Shown: positions 27,574 through 38,239, counted from the stretch's first letter. The stretch: DNA of 64,000 bases from Candidatus Latescibacterota bacterium (GCA_965248355.1 OZ252098.1:3040001-3104000); one strand, 5' to 3'. Notes: generated by a model not told the origin, from the letters alone. Program-made: numbers and translations.

Positions 27574-28725
27574 ATGACCGTTCCCGACTTCGAGCGCGTG
27601 CGCGGCGACTTCCCCCGGGCGCGCACCGCCGCCTACTTCGACAACGCCTCCTCCCACCCCATCAGCGTGCACTCGGCCGCCGCCCTGCACCGCTACGTGG
27701 ACTGGGTCACCCACGAGGTGGGCGATCCCTGGTGGCCGGACTGGGCCCCGCCCCGCGAGGAGGCCCGCCGGCTCTTCGCGCAGCTGATCCACGCCGACCC
27801 GGGCGAGATCGCCTTCGCCCGCAGCACCGTGGAGGCCGAGAGCAACGTGCTCAACGGGATGGCCGATCACCTGGCCGGCGGCAACGTGATCACCAACGAC
27901 CTGGCCTTCTCCGCCGTCCTCTGCAACTACAAGGTGCGGGAGGCCGCCGGCCTGCAGGTGCGCATCGTGCGCAACCGGGACTGGCGTATCGACGTGGACG
28001 CCATGGCCGCGGCCATCGACGCCGACACGCGCCTGGTCTCGGTGGCCCTGGTCTCCAACGTCAACGGCTTGCTCGCCGACGTGGCCGCCCTGGGCGAGCT
28101 GGCCCACGCCCGCGGCGCCTACCTCTACGCCGACATCATGCAGGCCGCCGGCGCCGTGCCCATCGACGTGGGCGCCATGGGCATCGACCTGGCCGCGTGC
28201 TCGACCTTCAAATGGCTCATGGGGGTGAAGGGCTTCGGTTTCCTCTACGTGCGCCGGGACCTGCAGAACACGGTGGTCAAGGCGTCGCAGCCCTCGGGCT
28301 CGGTCCGCCTCAACTACCCGCCCTGGACGGATGCGGATGACGGGCGGCCCGAAATCAGCGTCATGACCCGGGAAGATGCCACGGCCTGGGAGGTGAGCTA
28401 TGCCTCCTACGAGGGGCTGATCGCCGCCCAGCAGAGCCTGCGCTACATCCTCGACTTGGGGGTGGACAACATCCGCGGCCACGTGCGCGGTCTCACCGAC
28501 CGCCTGCAGGAAGAGCTGCCCGCCAAGGGCTACCGGCCGATCACGCCGCGCGGCAACGAGAGCCCCATCCTCGCCTTCGTCGCCCCCGACCCGGCCGCGG
28601 CCGTGCGGCGCACCCGCGAGGCCGGCGTGCACGTGGCCATGCGCTTCGGGGACAAGCTGCGGCTGTCGCCCTCGGTCTACAACAACCAGGAAGACGTGAG
28701 CCGCCTCATCGAGGCGTTGCCCTGA
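27574..28725 (+). CDS. Aminotransferase class V / cysteine desulfurase-like PLP enzyme
   Basis: YFDNAS, DIMQAAG, STFKWLMG (PLP lysine), RLSPSVYN. Confidence 0.9.
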   Translation: MTVPDFERVRGDFPRARTAAYFDNASSHPISVHSAAALHRYVDWVTHEVGDPWWPDWAPPREEARRLFAQLIHADPGEIAFARSTVEAESNVLNGMADHLAGGNVITNDLAFSAVLCNYKVREAAGLQVRIVRNRDWRIDVDAMAAAIDADTRLVSVALVSNVNGLLADVAALGELAHARGAYLYADIMQAAGAVPIDVGAMGIDLAACSTFKWLMGVKGFGFLYVRRDLQNTVVKASQPSGSVRLNYPPWTDADDGRPEISVMTREDATAWEVSYASYEGLIAAQQSLRYILDLGVDNIRGHVRGLTDRLQEELPAKGYRPITPRGNESPILAFVAPDPAAAVRRTREAGVHVAMRFGDKLRLSPSVYNNQEDVSRLIEALP

Positions 28726-28765
28726 GCTGCCAGGGGAATCCGTTTTGGGGGTCGCAGGATCGATC

Positions 28766-28787
28766 GAGCGCCCCCGGGCGGGCGCTC
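28766..28787. terminator. GC-rich hairpin between convergent genes
   Basis: GAGCGCCC-N6-GGGCGCTC perfect stem. Confidence 0.4.
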
Positions 28788-28816
28788 TGTCGGCAGAAGC
28801 GTCTCCCCCGGCGGGC

Positions 28817-30094
28817 TCAGTTACCGCCCGGATCCTCCCGCCTCCACACCGGTCCGGACTCCGCCCGCCCCCACAGGTCCTCGAAGGCGGCGGGGTCGTC
28901 CCGTCCCTCCCAGAAGTCGGTGACCACGTCGTTGACGTACGACGGCGGCGGGCCCGGCGTCTCGAAGCGGTGCAGGCGCTGCAGGAAGCGCATGTCGTCA
29001 TGGTGCCCCTCCCGCTCCGGGTCGTGGCGCAGGTAGATGGTCAACCCGTCGCCGTAGCGGATGCGCACGAGGCTGGGCGGCGGGGCCGGCGGCTCGCCCT
29101 TGCAACGCTCCAGTTGGTCCCGGTCGAGATCGACGCCCAGGCCGGGCGCCTCGGGCACCTGCACGCTGCCGCTGAGCACGGGCATGGTCCGCGCCGTCAC
29201 GTCTTCCTTCCACAGGTGGCAGCAGTTGACGTGGTCGATGGTGGCCGTGGGCACCACGGCGACCTCGTGGGCCAGGAAGGCCTGGTTGATGGTGCCGCCG
29301 CACTGCTGGTACATGATCGGCGTGTCCGTCATCCCCGCCACGGCGCCCACCTTGAGGGCCGGGCCGATGGGCGCGTGGCCGGCCATGTACCCGTCGGCCA
29401 GGCCCTTGATCATGAACTCCGCCGGTCCGTGGTGGACGATGACGGGAAGCCGGCACTGTTCCCGCAGCATGCGCCAGCCGTCCTCGTCGGTGGCGCGCAC
29501 CACGTCCTCGAAGCGGCCCGACACGGGCAGGCGCTCCAGCTCGGCGAGGATGGGGCGCATCGTGTAGTAGTCGGAGTTGGCGTTGAAGTCGTAGTGGACG
29601 CGGAACCAGGGGGGCGCCGCCTCCTGCATGGCCTCGGCCTGGCGGATCACGTTCTGCACCTCGTCCACGTGATACTTCATCCAGCGGTAGCCCCGGGCCG
29701 CCGCCTGGCGCACCTCCTCGGCCATCGCCTCCGGCGCCTGGGAGACGGTCCAGGCGGCCACCGGGATCCACGAGCGCAGCTTCGGCCCCATGAGCTTCCA
29801 GGCCGGCGCGCCGAGGTGCTGCCCCATCAGGTCGTAGAGGGCCATGTTCACGCACAGGTCCGACTCGGCGTTGATCCAGTCGAAAGGGTCGGTGCCGGCG
29901 TATTTCGCGCGCACCGTATCCTCGTCGGGACCGCCGCCCCAGCTCTCGCCGATTCCCTGCAGGCCGGTGTCGGTGTGCAGGACGTAGATGGTGCGGCCCT
30001 GCACCTGCGGTCCGTGGTAGCGCCGCAGGACATGGGCGTTGAAGTCCTGGTAGGGCGGGCGGATTGGATGGACCTCGACGTCGGTGATGCGCAT
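28817..30094 (-). CDS. Mandelate racemase/muconate lactonizing (enolase superfamily) enzyme
   Basis: MRITDVEV, TDTGLQGIGE, MALYDLMG, YRWMKYH, DFN, FED. Confidence 0.85.
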   Translation of the reverse strand: MRITDVEVHPIRPPYQDFNAHVLRRYHGPQVQGRTIYVLHTDTGLQGIGESWGGGPDEDTVRAKYAGTDPFDWINAESDLCVNMALYDLMGQHLGAPAWKLMGPKLRSWIPVAAWTVSQAPEAMAEEVRQAAARGYRWMKYHVDEVQNVIRQAEAMQEAAPPWFRVHYDFNANSDYYTMRPILAELERLPVSGRFEDVVRATDEDGWRMLREQCRLPVIVHHGPAEFMIKGLADGYMAGHAPIGPALKVGAVAGMTDTPIMYQQCGGTINQAFLAHEVAVVPTATIDHVNCCHLWKEDVTARTMPVLSGSVQVPEAPGLGVDLDRDQLERCKGEPPAPPPSLVRIRYGDGLTIYLRHDPEREGHHDDMRFLQRLHRFETPGPPPSYVNDVVTDFWEGRDDPAAFEDLWGRAESGPVWRREDPGGN

Positions 30095-30126
30095 GGCCGG
30101 GGGCCTTTCCTCCGCGGGTCGGCGCC

Positions 30127-30702
30127 TCAGGCGGGGCCGAGCCCGAGACGCTCCTCCTCCGGCCGCAGGGCCTGGAGGACGAACTCGATGTGCTCCTCCA
30201 GGGGAACGCCCAGCTCTTCGGCCCCCTGGCGGATCTCGCCGCGGTCCACGGCGCGGGCGAAGCCCCGGTCCTTGAGCTTCTTGCGCACGCTGCGCACGCC
30301 CAGGTCGGCGAGGCTCCTGGAGGGCCGCACGAGGGCGCAGGCCACGAGGAAGCCGCACAGCTCGTCCACGGCGAAGAGGGCCCGGGCCACCGGCGTGTCG
30401 CGCGGCACCCCCGTGTAGGTGGCGTGTCCGAGGATGGCGCGGGACAGGGGCTCGGGGTAGCCGCGCTCGCGCAGCAGGGCCACGCCGAAGGCCGGGTGTT
30501 CCTCGGTGGGGGAGCGCGCCTCGTTGGGGTGGCTCTCGTAGTCGAAGTCGTGGAGCAGGCCCACGGTGGCCCAGGCCTCCTCGTCCTCCCCCAGGCGGCG
30601 GGCGCAGGCGACCATGGCGGTCTCCACGGCGTACATGTGCCGGCGCAGGGCCTCCGACGCCGTGTGCTCGTGCATCAGCGCCAGGGCTTCCTCCCGGGTC
30701 AC
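30127..30702 (-). CDS. HD-domain (HDIG-like) phosphohydrolase
   Basis: [41 protein letters not shown] overlaps the msrAB stop. Confidence 0.88.
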   Translation of the reverse strand: MTREEALALMHEHTASEALRRHMYAVETAMVACARRLGEDEEAWATVGLLHDFDYESHPNEARSPTEEHPAFGVALLRERGYPEPLSRAILGHATYTGVPRDTPVARALFAVDELCGFLVACALVRPSRSLADLGVRSVRKKLKDRGFARAVDRGEIRQGAEELGVPLEEHIEFVLQALRPEEERLGLGPA

Positions 30703-31751
30703 GGGCTCACCTTGGCCTGCGGCTCGAAGCGGTCCAGGTACTCCCCGAAGCCGGCCGCCTCCATCTCCTCCCTCGGCACGAAGCGCAGGGCCGCGGAGTT
30801 GATGCAGTAGCGCAGTCCCGTGGGCTCGGGCCCGTCGTCGAAGAGGTGGCCCAGGTGCGAGTCGCCGTGGCGGCTGCGAACCTCGGTGCGCGGGTAGAAC
30901 AGCTTGAAGTCCCGCTCCTCGACGACGTTCTCCTTCACCAGGGGGCGGGTGAAGCTCGGCCACCCGGTGCCCGAGACGTACTTGTCGGCCGAGATGAACA
31001 AGGGCTCGCCGGAGACGATGTCCACGTAGATCCCCTCCTTCTTGTTGTCCCAGTACTTGTTGCGGAAGGGCGGCTCGGTGCCCTCCTCCTGGGTGACCTC
31101 GTACTGGAGGCGGGTCAGGCGGCGCTTCAGCTCCTCTTCCGGCGGCTTGCGGTAGCGCAAAGCCTCGGTGGCCTCCTCGCTCCAGTGGGCGCCGATGAAC
31201 TGGTCGCGCCCGGAGCCGGAGCGGTAGCGCTTGTAGTGGCCCGGGCTTTTTCGGTAGTAGTCCTGGTGGTACTCCTCTGCCGGGTAGAACACGCCGGCGT
31301 CGCGCACCGGCGTGACGATGGGATCCTCGAAGCGGCCCGAGGCGGCCAGGTCCGTCCTGGAGGCCTCGGCCAGCCGCCGCTGCTCCTCGTCGTGGACGAA
31401 GATGGCCGAGGTGTACTGGTGGCCGCGGTCGACGAAGGAGCCGCCGGCGTCGGTGGGGTCGAACTGCATCCAGTAGACATCGAGGAGCCGCTGGTAGCCG
31501 ATCGTCTCCGCGTCGAAGGTGACCTGCACCGCCTCGAGGTGGCCGGTCTGGCCCGAGGCCACCTGGCGGTAGGTCGGATTCAGCTCCGGGCCGCCGATGT
31601 ACCCGGAGACGACGGAGCTCACCCCCGCCAGCTTCTCGAAGGGCGGCTCCAGGCACCAGAAACAGCCTCCGGCGAAGGTGGCCTTGGCCGGTTCCCCGGC
31701 GCCGGCGGCGGCCGGCAGGACCGCCAGCAGAACCGCGAAGATCCGTGTCAT
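30699..31751 (-). CDS. msrAB: Exported bifunctional methionine sulfoxide reductase MsrA/MsrB
   Basis: Signal peptide; MsrA FAGGCFWC and AEEYHQDYY; Msr[19 protein letters not shown]. Confidence 0.96.
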   Translation of the reverse strand: MTRIFAVLLAVLPAAAGAGEPAKATFAGGCFWCLEPPFEKLAGVSSVVSGYIGGPELNPTYRQVASGQTGHLEAVQVTFDAETIGYQRLLDVYWMQFDPTDAGGSFVDRGHQYTSAIFVHDEEQRRLAEASRTDLAASGRFEDPIVTPVRDAGVFYPAEEYHQDYYRKSPGHYKRYRSGSGRDQFIGAHWSEEATEALRYRKPPEEELKRRLTRLQYEVTQEEGTEPPFRNKYWDNKKEGIYVDIVSGEPLFISADKYVSGTGWPSFTRPLVKENVVEERDFKLFYPRTEVRSRHGDSHLGHLFDDGPEPTGLRYCINSAALRFVPREEMEAAGFGEYLDRFEPQAKVSP

Positions 31752-31821
31752 CGAATACCTCCTGTTGGTTGTGTCATCCTCCCGCCGACGCCTGCGCCGC
31801 GGCGGGCGTTCCGGGCCGGGC

Positions 31822-32847
31822 TCAGCCGCCGCCGCCCAGCCGCCAGTGGATGCCCATCAGGCAGGTCGGCTCTCCCGGCTTGTCGATGGCGTAGTAGATG
31901 GTCAGGATGGATCCATCGGCGAGCTGGGCCGAGGCCGGGTATCCCAGATCGGGGCTGGTATCGGTGCACAGGACGATCTCTTCGCTCCAGGATTCGCCTT
32001 CATCGACGCTCACCCGGGCCCGCTCCCCGAAGGGGGGCACCCTGACGCCGTACACGAGCAGGACACGGTTGTCCTGCAGACGAATCATGTGCGCGGGGTA
32101 GCCGAGAATCGCGGTCTTGAACGGCTCAGTCCAGGTGCGGCCACCGTCACGGCTCTCGGCCTGGAACATGAACTTCTCTTCCAGCCGGGATGTCCCATAG
32201 CGGAACATCCCGATGAGCTTGCCGCTCTCGGCTTCGACGACATACGGTTCGCCCAGGCCGATGCCCTCCGGCTCGGGGACCTTGCCGATGACCTGCCACG
32301 AGCGTCCCTGGTCCGTCGATTCCTCGGCGGTCAGGCCGTGGACTCCGTCGAAGGTGCCGCTGCCGAGGTAGAGCAGCCTGCCGTCGTCGAGCTCGACCGG
32401 TCCATGGGGAGCGGACCCCACACTTCTGACCGGTTCCTCCCAGGTGAGGCCCGAGTCCGTGGATCGCTGCGTCCAGTGCCCCATCCAGCGTTCCCGCACC
32501 TCGGGGCTCAGCGTCTCGGCGTGGGCCTTGTAGTCTTCGTTCTCCCCGAACTCTACCGATGTGAACCAGGTGGTGATCAGCGTGCCGTCGGAGGTCTCCA
32601 CCAGTCCGGCGTCGCGGTCGTCGAGGGGCGTATTGCGAATGACGACGGGATCACTCCAGGTCGCACCCTCATCGGAGCTGCGCACCATTTCCGTCTTGCC
32701 CCACGGGCAGATGTGGTCGTCGCGGTCGCCCGAGAACACGACGATCAGCTCGCCGGCGCGGGTGCGCACGATCGTCGGCCAGCCGATATAGCGGCCCGGC
32801 TCCTTGCAGAGGATCCGGCTGGACAGAATCCCGGCTTCAGGTGCCAT
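31822..32847 (-). CDS. Sialidase/BNR-repeat beta-propeller protein
   Basis: Asp boxes [45 protein letters not shown]. Confidence 0.85.
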   Translation of the reverse strand: MAPEAGILSSRILCKEPGRYIGWPTIVRTRAGELIVVFSGDRDDHICPWGKTEMVRSSDEGATWSDPVVIRNTPLDDRDAGLVETSDGTLITTWFTSVEFGENEDYKAHAETLSPEVRERWMGHWTQRSTDSGLTWEEPVRSVGSAPHGPVELDDGRLLYLGSGTFDGVHGLTAEESTDQGRSWQVIGKVPEPEGIGLGEPYVVEAESGKLIGMFRYGTSRLEEKFMFQAESRDGGRTWTEPFKTAILGYPAHMIRLQDNRVLLVYGVRVPPFGERARVSVDEGESWSEEIVLCTDTSPDLGYPASAQLADGSILTIYYAIDKPGEPTCLMGIHWRLGGGG

Positions 32848-32850
32848 CCG

Positions 32851-34440
32851 TCAGGCCTTGGAGGCCGGCTTGTTGGCCGGATTGTTCCGGTCGGTTTTCC
32901 ACCGCCATCCCACTTCCTTTCTCCCCGGGGGCAGCGCTACGTTGCTCGACCCCATGAACTGGATGGTCGTGCGCCGCTGCCGCTCGCTGCGCCAGGCGGT
33001 GGTGCCGTGCGCCACGCCGCCGAAGAACAGGACATCGCCGGCCTTCAGGGGCGGTTTGTGTACCTGGGGCAGATCGATGCTGGTCGTCAGGTGCCGGGGA
33101 ATCGGGTACTTGGCCTTGTGACTTCCCGGGACGCAGATGAATCCGCCGCTGTCCTCGCCGAAGCCGGGGGACTCGTCCTGCAACGCCCAGGCCACATTGG
33201 TCTGCTCCACCAGCTGCCGTCCGTTGTAGACGGTATAGCCGCCGGGATTCTGGCCGTGCAACGAGCCGCCGGTGGTGCCCTTGGGGTAGACGCAGCACAT
33301 GGGTTCCGTGGACTCTCTGAAGCCATACCCGAGCATCCAGTTCAACCGCTGGACGACGGCGGGATGACCGATCATCCTGCGGAACGGCTCGCAGTGCGGC
33401 ATCGGAAGCTGATAGAGTCCGCCGAGCCGCGGCCGATTGATCTCCCCGGCCAACCTCGGAGAGGTGTCCTCGGGCCATATCCAGTCGTTCTCGCGCAAGG
33501 CCTGCTCCGGTACATCCTCGACCCGCGAGGGGTGGCCCTCGGGCAACTCGTCCTGCATTTCCAGGGCAAAGGCGATGGCGCGGTTCGCCGCCGCCAGCCA
33601 TTCCTCGTCCATGACGCCTCGCAGGACCAGGTAACCGCGCACGTCCCAGAACCACAGTTCATCGGGATCCGGCTGGCTGTTCTCGTCCAGCTTGAGGATC
33701 ACCGATGGCGGCTGCTCTTCGGCTGTCGCCACCCAGCTTCGTTTCCCATCGGAGATCACCGTGCCACCCCGTCCGGTCGTCATCGTCCCCACGACCGCCT
33801 GTTGCTCCGGGGTCAGCTCCGTCACCCATTCCGGAGCCTCGATCTCGGGATAACCAGCCGTCGGCCTCGCCCGCGAGCTGATGTAGGTGATCTCGAGCAC
33901 GCGGCCGGGCCGGCCGCGGATACCGTGGAGCGTGGTGGCGGCGCAGATGAGCAGATCTCCGGCTTCGAGCACGGGCTCTTCGGTCATTCCCAGATCATCG
34001 GCGCCGGCGAGGAAACCGGCCGGCGGCTCCGTCGAACGGTTGTGGCTGGCCGTGACCAGCACCACGCCTCCGTCTTCGGGCGCAGGTGCAAGAGCCAGGA
34101 ATATCCTCACTCCCTTGCACTCGCGAGTAGCGCCGTAGTTCGCGTACCGCAGCCGCCTGCGGTCGTCCGGTGCGCCGGCCCGCAGGCGCACCCCGGCTGT
34201 CCCTTCGGGACCGTCCGGGACCAGGGCCGGCGGCTCGTCGATCGCGAAATCAGGGCCGCACAGCGTTTCCAGGTAGCTGTTCAATACCGGGTGCTCCTGC
34301 GGCGGCCACTCGAGCATGCCTCCGTCGCGGCCGGCGTCGTCGAGGGCTTCGCTGCAAGCGGCTACTTCGGCGGCCGAGAGCGCCCCGGGCACATGAAGGA
34401 AGCCCGCCACGTCGAATCCATAGTCCTCGTCTGCGGTCAT
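32851..34440 (-). CDS. Tandem two-domain PhyH-like protein
   Basis: Domain 1: FDVAGFL...VTASH...AGDLL...LHG. Domain 2: WDVRGYLV...LHGQ...VPGSHK...AGDVLFF..AHGT.AW...RR. AGGAG RBS. Confidence 0.8.
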   Translation of the reverse strand: MTADEDYGFDVAGFLHVPGALSAAEVAACSEALDDAGRDGGMLEWPPQEHPVLNSYLETLCGPDFAIDEPPALVPDGPEGTAGVRLRAGAPDDRRRLRYANYGATRECKGVRIFLALAPAPEDGGVVLVTASHNRSTEPPAGFLAGADDLGMTEEPVLEAGDLLICAATTLHGIRGRPGRVLEITYISSRARPTAGYPEIEAPEWVTELTPEQQAVVGTMTTGRGGTVISDGKRSWVATAEEQPPSVILKLDENSQPDPDELWFWDVRGYLVLRGVMDEEWLAAANRAIAFALEMQDELPEGHPSRVEDVPEQALRENDWIWPEDTSPRLAGEINRPRLGGLYQLPMPHCEPFRRMIGHPAVVQRLNWMLGYGFRESTEPMCCVYPKGTTGGSLHGQNPGGYTVYNGRQLVEQTNVAWALQDESPGFGEDSGGFICVPGSHKAKYPIPRHLTTSIDLPQVHKPPLKAGDVLFFGGVAHGTTAWRSERQRRTTIQFMGSSNVALPPGRKEVGWRWKTDRNNPANKPASKA

Positions 34441-34448
34441 GGTACTCC

Positions 34449-35315
34449 TCACTGGTTTCTGTTGAGGTCCAGGGTGCGCCAATAGTGCTGAAACTTCGTC
34501 GACTTCCAGCCGGCGTAGATCTCGTCCCAGCCCATGCGGTTGAAGTGGGGCCGCAGCGATCCCTCCGTGACCGGCTTCGAGGACCCTTGATAGTGGTAGT
34601 CCACCGAAAGGCGGATCCGGTCGGGACTGCGGTTCGGCAGGGCCTTGTGAACGGCATGACTGTGGAAGAACAGGGCATCGCCCACTTCGAAGTCCGCCGT
34701 TCTCCACCGGAGTCCTTCGGTTTCCAGCGGCGCCGTATCGATGCCGACTTTGCCCGCTCCGAGGGCCGGCTGTACCGGATACAGGCCGCCTCTGTGCGAT
34801 CCCGCCAGGACCGAGAGTCCACCCAGCTCCCTTGGGCATGGGCCGAGTGGTATCCATGCGGTATACGTTTCCGGTGTTCCCCGGATATGGATGTAATCCT
34901 GGTGCGCGGGCGTTGTGTAGCTGGTGTTCTCCGGGAACATGATCCTTCCGATGTTCCGCGGATGGGCGAGTGTCTTCTCGCCGAAGAGCTTGTCGCACAT
35001 CTCCAGGATCGCCGGATGGTGGGCGAAGGCATGGAAGGATTCCAGGCGTTGGAACTCGTCCAGGACGGGCCAGTAGCCATCGTCGCCTTCCATGAACGGC
35101 CCGCCGGCGCGGATGCCGTCCATCAGCGCTTCGCCGCCTTGTACCCATCCGTGGCGGTGACAGATCTCCAGGAAGTCGCGGCGCAGGCTCAGGATGGAGC
35201 CGCCATCGATGAGACCGCGGAAGAAGAGGCAGCCGTCCTGCCGGGCCCGATCCTGAAGTTGGTTCGGCTGGTTCAGGAGTTCGTTTGAGACGGCGAATGG
35301 TTCAACTCTTGCCAC
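34449..35315 (-). CDS. PhyH family dioxygenase
   Basis: QDGCLF, PAHQDY, WIPLG...GGLSVLAGSH, GDALFFH...VHKALPN...RLSVD. Confidence 0.9.
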   Translation of the reverse strand: MARVEPFAVSNELLNQPNQLQDRARQDGCLFFRGLIDGGSILSLRRDFLEICHRHGWVQGGEALMDGIRAGGPFMEGDDGYWPVLDEFQRLESFHAFAHHPAILEMCDKLFGEKTLAHPRNIGRIMFPENTSYTTPAHQDYIHIRGTPETYTAWIPLGPCPRELGGLSVLAGSHRGGLYPVQPALGAGKVGIDTAPLETEGLRWRTADFEVGDALFFHSHAVHKALPNRSPDRIRLSVDYHYQGSSKPVTEGSLRPHFNRMGWDEIYAGWKSTKFQHYWRTLDLNRNQ

Positions 35316-35384
35316 AGGATGCTCCTCGCTTGCTGGATGCCGACGGGCCGCCTCCGCGTCCCGGCAAGATCAGTTCGGCCGCGG

Positions 35385-36126
35385 CTAGCGAATCAGGACC
35401 AACTTGCGCGCCCATACATCCTCCGCGGTCACCAGCCGGTAGAGGTAGGTGCCGCTGGCCAAGGGCCGTCCCCGGCCGTCGCGGCCGTTCCAGTGGAGGC
35501 GGTGGAGGCCGGCCTTGTGGTCTCCCGAGGCCAGGACCGCCACCCGCTGGCCGTTCAGCGCGAACACCTCCAGGCGCGCGGGGCCCGGGGAGAGGAGGAA
35601 CCAGGAGATGACGGTCTGGCTGTTGAACGGGTTGGGCGCGTTCTGCTGCAGCAGCGGGCCGTCGGGCAGGCCGATCCGCTCCCGGGCCAGGGCCATCAGC
35701 GGCCCCGCCGTGCTCGATATAGTGCCCGCCGTCATGCTCTCCGTCCACACGGTGGACGAGCGGCTCACCCATGGCGTCCGTCTCATATTGGAAGGTCAGG
35801 TCCCCATGGCCGTGCTCCCGCATCTGTTGCGCGAAGAAGGCCTGGATCCGCACAATGGCGGTCTTCATCGAATCGACCACCTCGGCGCGGAAGGGGCGGT
35901 CACTGGGCAGGAAGTAGATCAACCTCACGGTGCGTTCGGGCCAACCCTTCAGGCCAGCCGGCTTGGCGGCGAGCGCCTGGCCGAATTCGCCCTGGTAGAT
36001 GACGCGGCAGAAGGGCGCATGCCCGTCACCCGACAGGTCGGTGGAAGCATCCGCTGGCGGTATGGCGGCAAGCAGGAACCCGGCCAGCGCAAGGGGGCGA
36101 GATCCCTGAACTATTCGATCGTTCAT
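35385..36126 (-). pseudogene. Internally deleted secreted protein with PNPFN tail
   Basis: Signal peptide plus TVRLIYFLPSDRPFR...FFAQQMREHG...VHRVDG N-terminal domain joined out of frame (about 35705) directly to LLQQNAPNPFN...SGTYLYRL...KLVLIR*. Confidence 0.75.
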
Positions 36127-36268
36127 TGCCTGTCTCCCTCCCGTAGCAGTCTTCCCCGGCATTGGGCTCGCCGCCACAACGTGCCAGCAAGGGCAGGAAC
36201 CGTCGGGACTCTCCGGGGGTGGTACGGGGCGGATTGCCTCCTGATCCTCATCAAGGTAACCTACGGGC

Positions 36269-37489
36269 ATGAGCAACGACGCCGAAACCGTCATCGTCGG
36301 CGGCGGCATCTGGGGCCTCAGCACCGCCTGGCACCTGGCCGAGCGCGGCGCGGGACCGGTGCGTGTCCTCGAGCGCAACGCCGAGGTGGCGGGCGAGACC
36401 ACCCCCCGCGCCGCCGGGCTGGTGGGCCAGGTGCGCAGCTCGGCGGCCATGTGCCGGGCGATCCGCTACGCCCTCGACCTGCTCTCCGGGTTCGCCGAGA
36501 GGTCCGGCCACGACCCGGGCCTGCGCCGGCCGGGGAGCCTGCTCGTGGCCCTGACGCCGGAGCGGATGGCCGCCTACGAAGGCCTGATCGAGCGCGCCCG
36601 GGCCAGCGGGGTCGAGGCCGCCTTCGTCTCCCAAGGCGAGATGGAGCGGCTCTGCCCGGGCATGGACGTCGCCCGCCTCGAGGGCGGCTGCTACATCACC
36701 GGCGACGGCTACGTCGACCCCGGCCGCTGCGCCCGCGCCTTTGCCGCCGCCGCCCGCGACCGGGGGGTCCGCATCGACTGCTCCGCCGAGGTGACGGGTC
36801 TCGAGGTCCAGGGCGGCGCCGTGCGCGGCGTGCGCACCGCCGCCGGAGCGATCGCCGCCGACCGGGTGGTCCTCACCGCCGGCCCCTGGACCAGCCGCCT
36901 GCTGGCCCGCTTCGGCGCCGACGGGCTGCCCCTGCAGACGATCCGTCACCAGCGCGCCCGCACCGCCGGCGCCGGGATCTCCGCCGACCACCCGGTGGTC
37001 CGCGTCACCGAGGCGAGCTGCTACGTGCGTCCGGAGCGCGGCGGCTACCTCTACGGCTTCTTCGAGCCCGAACCGCATCTCGTCGATTTCGAGGATCTGC
37101 CCGAGGGCTTCCGCACCTCCGACGTGGCCGAGCCGCGCGGCACCATCGCCGAGGCCGCGCGCCGGCTGGCCCCCCTCTTCCCATCGCTGCCCGGGCTGGA
37201 GGTGGCCGAGTACTCCCAGGGCGTCACCTCCTTCGCCCCGGACGGCGGCTACCTGCTCGGTCCGGTGCCGGCGGTGGAGGGGCTGTTCGCGGCCTCGGCC
37301 TGCGCCGCCCTCGGCATCGCCGGGGCCGCGGCCGTGGGGCGCTGGCTGGCGGGATGGGTGATCGACGGCGAGCCCGGCGAGGACCTGGCGCAGTTCGGTC
37401 TCGAACGCTTCGGCGAGCGCGGCCGCGACCGCGAATGGGTGCGCCGCGAGAGCCGCGGCTTCTACGCCACCTACTACGACGTCCGCTGA
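36269..37489 (+). CDS. FAD-dependent oxidoreductase (DAO / sarcosine-dimethylglycine dehydrogenase N-terminal-like)
   Basis: IVGGGIWG, TTPRAAG, DGYVDP, AGPW, SFAPDG; no GcvT folate domain. Confidence 0.88.
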   Translation: MSNDAETVIVGGGIWGLSTAWHLAERGAGPVRVLERNAEVAGETTPRAAGLVGQVRSSAAMCRAIRYALDLLSGFAERSGHDPGLRRPGSLLVALTPERMAAYEGLIERARASGVEAAFVSQGEMERLCPGMDVARLEGGCYITGDGYVDPGRCARAFAAAARDRGVRIDCSAEVTGLEVQGGAVRGVRTAAGAIAADRVVLTAGPWTSRLLARFGADGLPLQTIRHQRARTAGAGISADHPVVRVTEASCYVRPERGGYLYGFFEPEPHLVDFEDLPEGFRTSDVAEPRGTIAEAARRLAPLFPSLPGLEVAEYSQGVTSFAPDGGYLLGPVPAVEGLFAASACAALGIAGAAAVGRWLAGWVIDGEPGEDLAQFGLERFGERGRDREWVRRESRGFYATYYDVR

Positions 37490-37510
37490 CAGGAGGCGAA
37501 AGGAGATCCG

Positions 37511-38227
37511 ATGGCGGACTTGAGCGGCCAGGTGGCCGTGGTCGTGGGCAGCAGCTCGGGGATGGGGAGGGCGGCGGCGCGGGCCTGTGCCGGCGCCGGG
37601 GCGAAGGTGGTGCTGGCCGCGCGCCGCGCCGGCGAGCTGCAGGCGCTGGCGGCCGAGATCGGCGACCGGGCCCTCGCCTGTCCGGCCGACGTGACCGATG
37701 CGGCCCAGGTGGACGACCTCGTCCGCACCGCCCTCGACGCCTTCGGCCGCATCGACGTGCTGCTCTACGCCACCGGGACCAACATCCCGGATCGCAGCCT
37801 TCAGGTGCTCTCCCGCGAGACCTGGAACGACATGATCGCCACCAACCTCACCGGCGCCTTCCACTGCACGCAGGCGGTGCTGCCGGCCATGCGCGCCCAG
37901 GGCTCGGGCCTGATCATCTACCTCTCCTCCGGCTGCGTGCAGAAGCCCGATGTCTCCGGCGTCGCCTACCAGGCCACCAAGTGCGGGCTCTCCGGCCTCG
38001 CCCACGGGACCTTCGAGGAGGAGCGGGAGAACGGCATCCGCACCACCGTGATCTTCCCCGGCCTGTGCGACACCCCCCTGGTCCTGCGGCGTCCGACGCC
38101 GACCCCGCCCGAGGTCATGGCCAAGGCCCTGCAGCCCGAGGACGTGGCCGACGCCTGCCTCTACGTGGCCGCCACGCCGGGCCGGGCGCGGGTGCCGGAG
38201 CTCGTGCTCCTGCCCGCCGGCCTGTAG
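37511..38227 (+). CDS. Short-chain dehydrogenase/reductase
   Basis: GSSSGMG, DVTD, NLTG, YQATK (YxxxK), PGLCDT. Confidence 0.93.
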   Translation: MADLSGQVAVVVGSSSGMGRAAARACAGAGAKVVLAARRAGELQALAAEIGDRALACPADVTDAAQVDDLVRTALDAFGRIDVLLYATGTNIPDRSLQVLSRETWNDMIATNLTGAFHCTQAVLPAMRAQGSGLIIYLSSGCVQKPDVSGVAYQATKCGLSGLAHGTFEEERENGIRTTVIFPGLCDTPLVLRRPTPTPPEVMAKALQPEDVADACLYVAATPGRARVPELVLLPAGL

Positions 38228-38239
38228 CCCCCGCCTCTC

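Noticed and set aside
31597..34485. Very long alternative ORFs (962 aa here; also 35449-38337, 44027-47572, 52312-55185, 55934-59332, 14147-16702)
   Set aside because: Shadow frames of high-GC genes: Arg/Pro/Gly-rich or antisense, with no motifs, overlapping well-supported CDSs.
36204..36217. CGGGACTCTCCGGG shared with the 43862 tandem repeat, both near tail-bearing genes
   Set aside because: Short GC-rich match in opposite orientation relative to the genes; plausible by chance.
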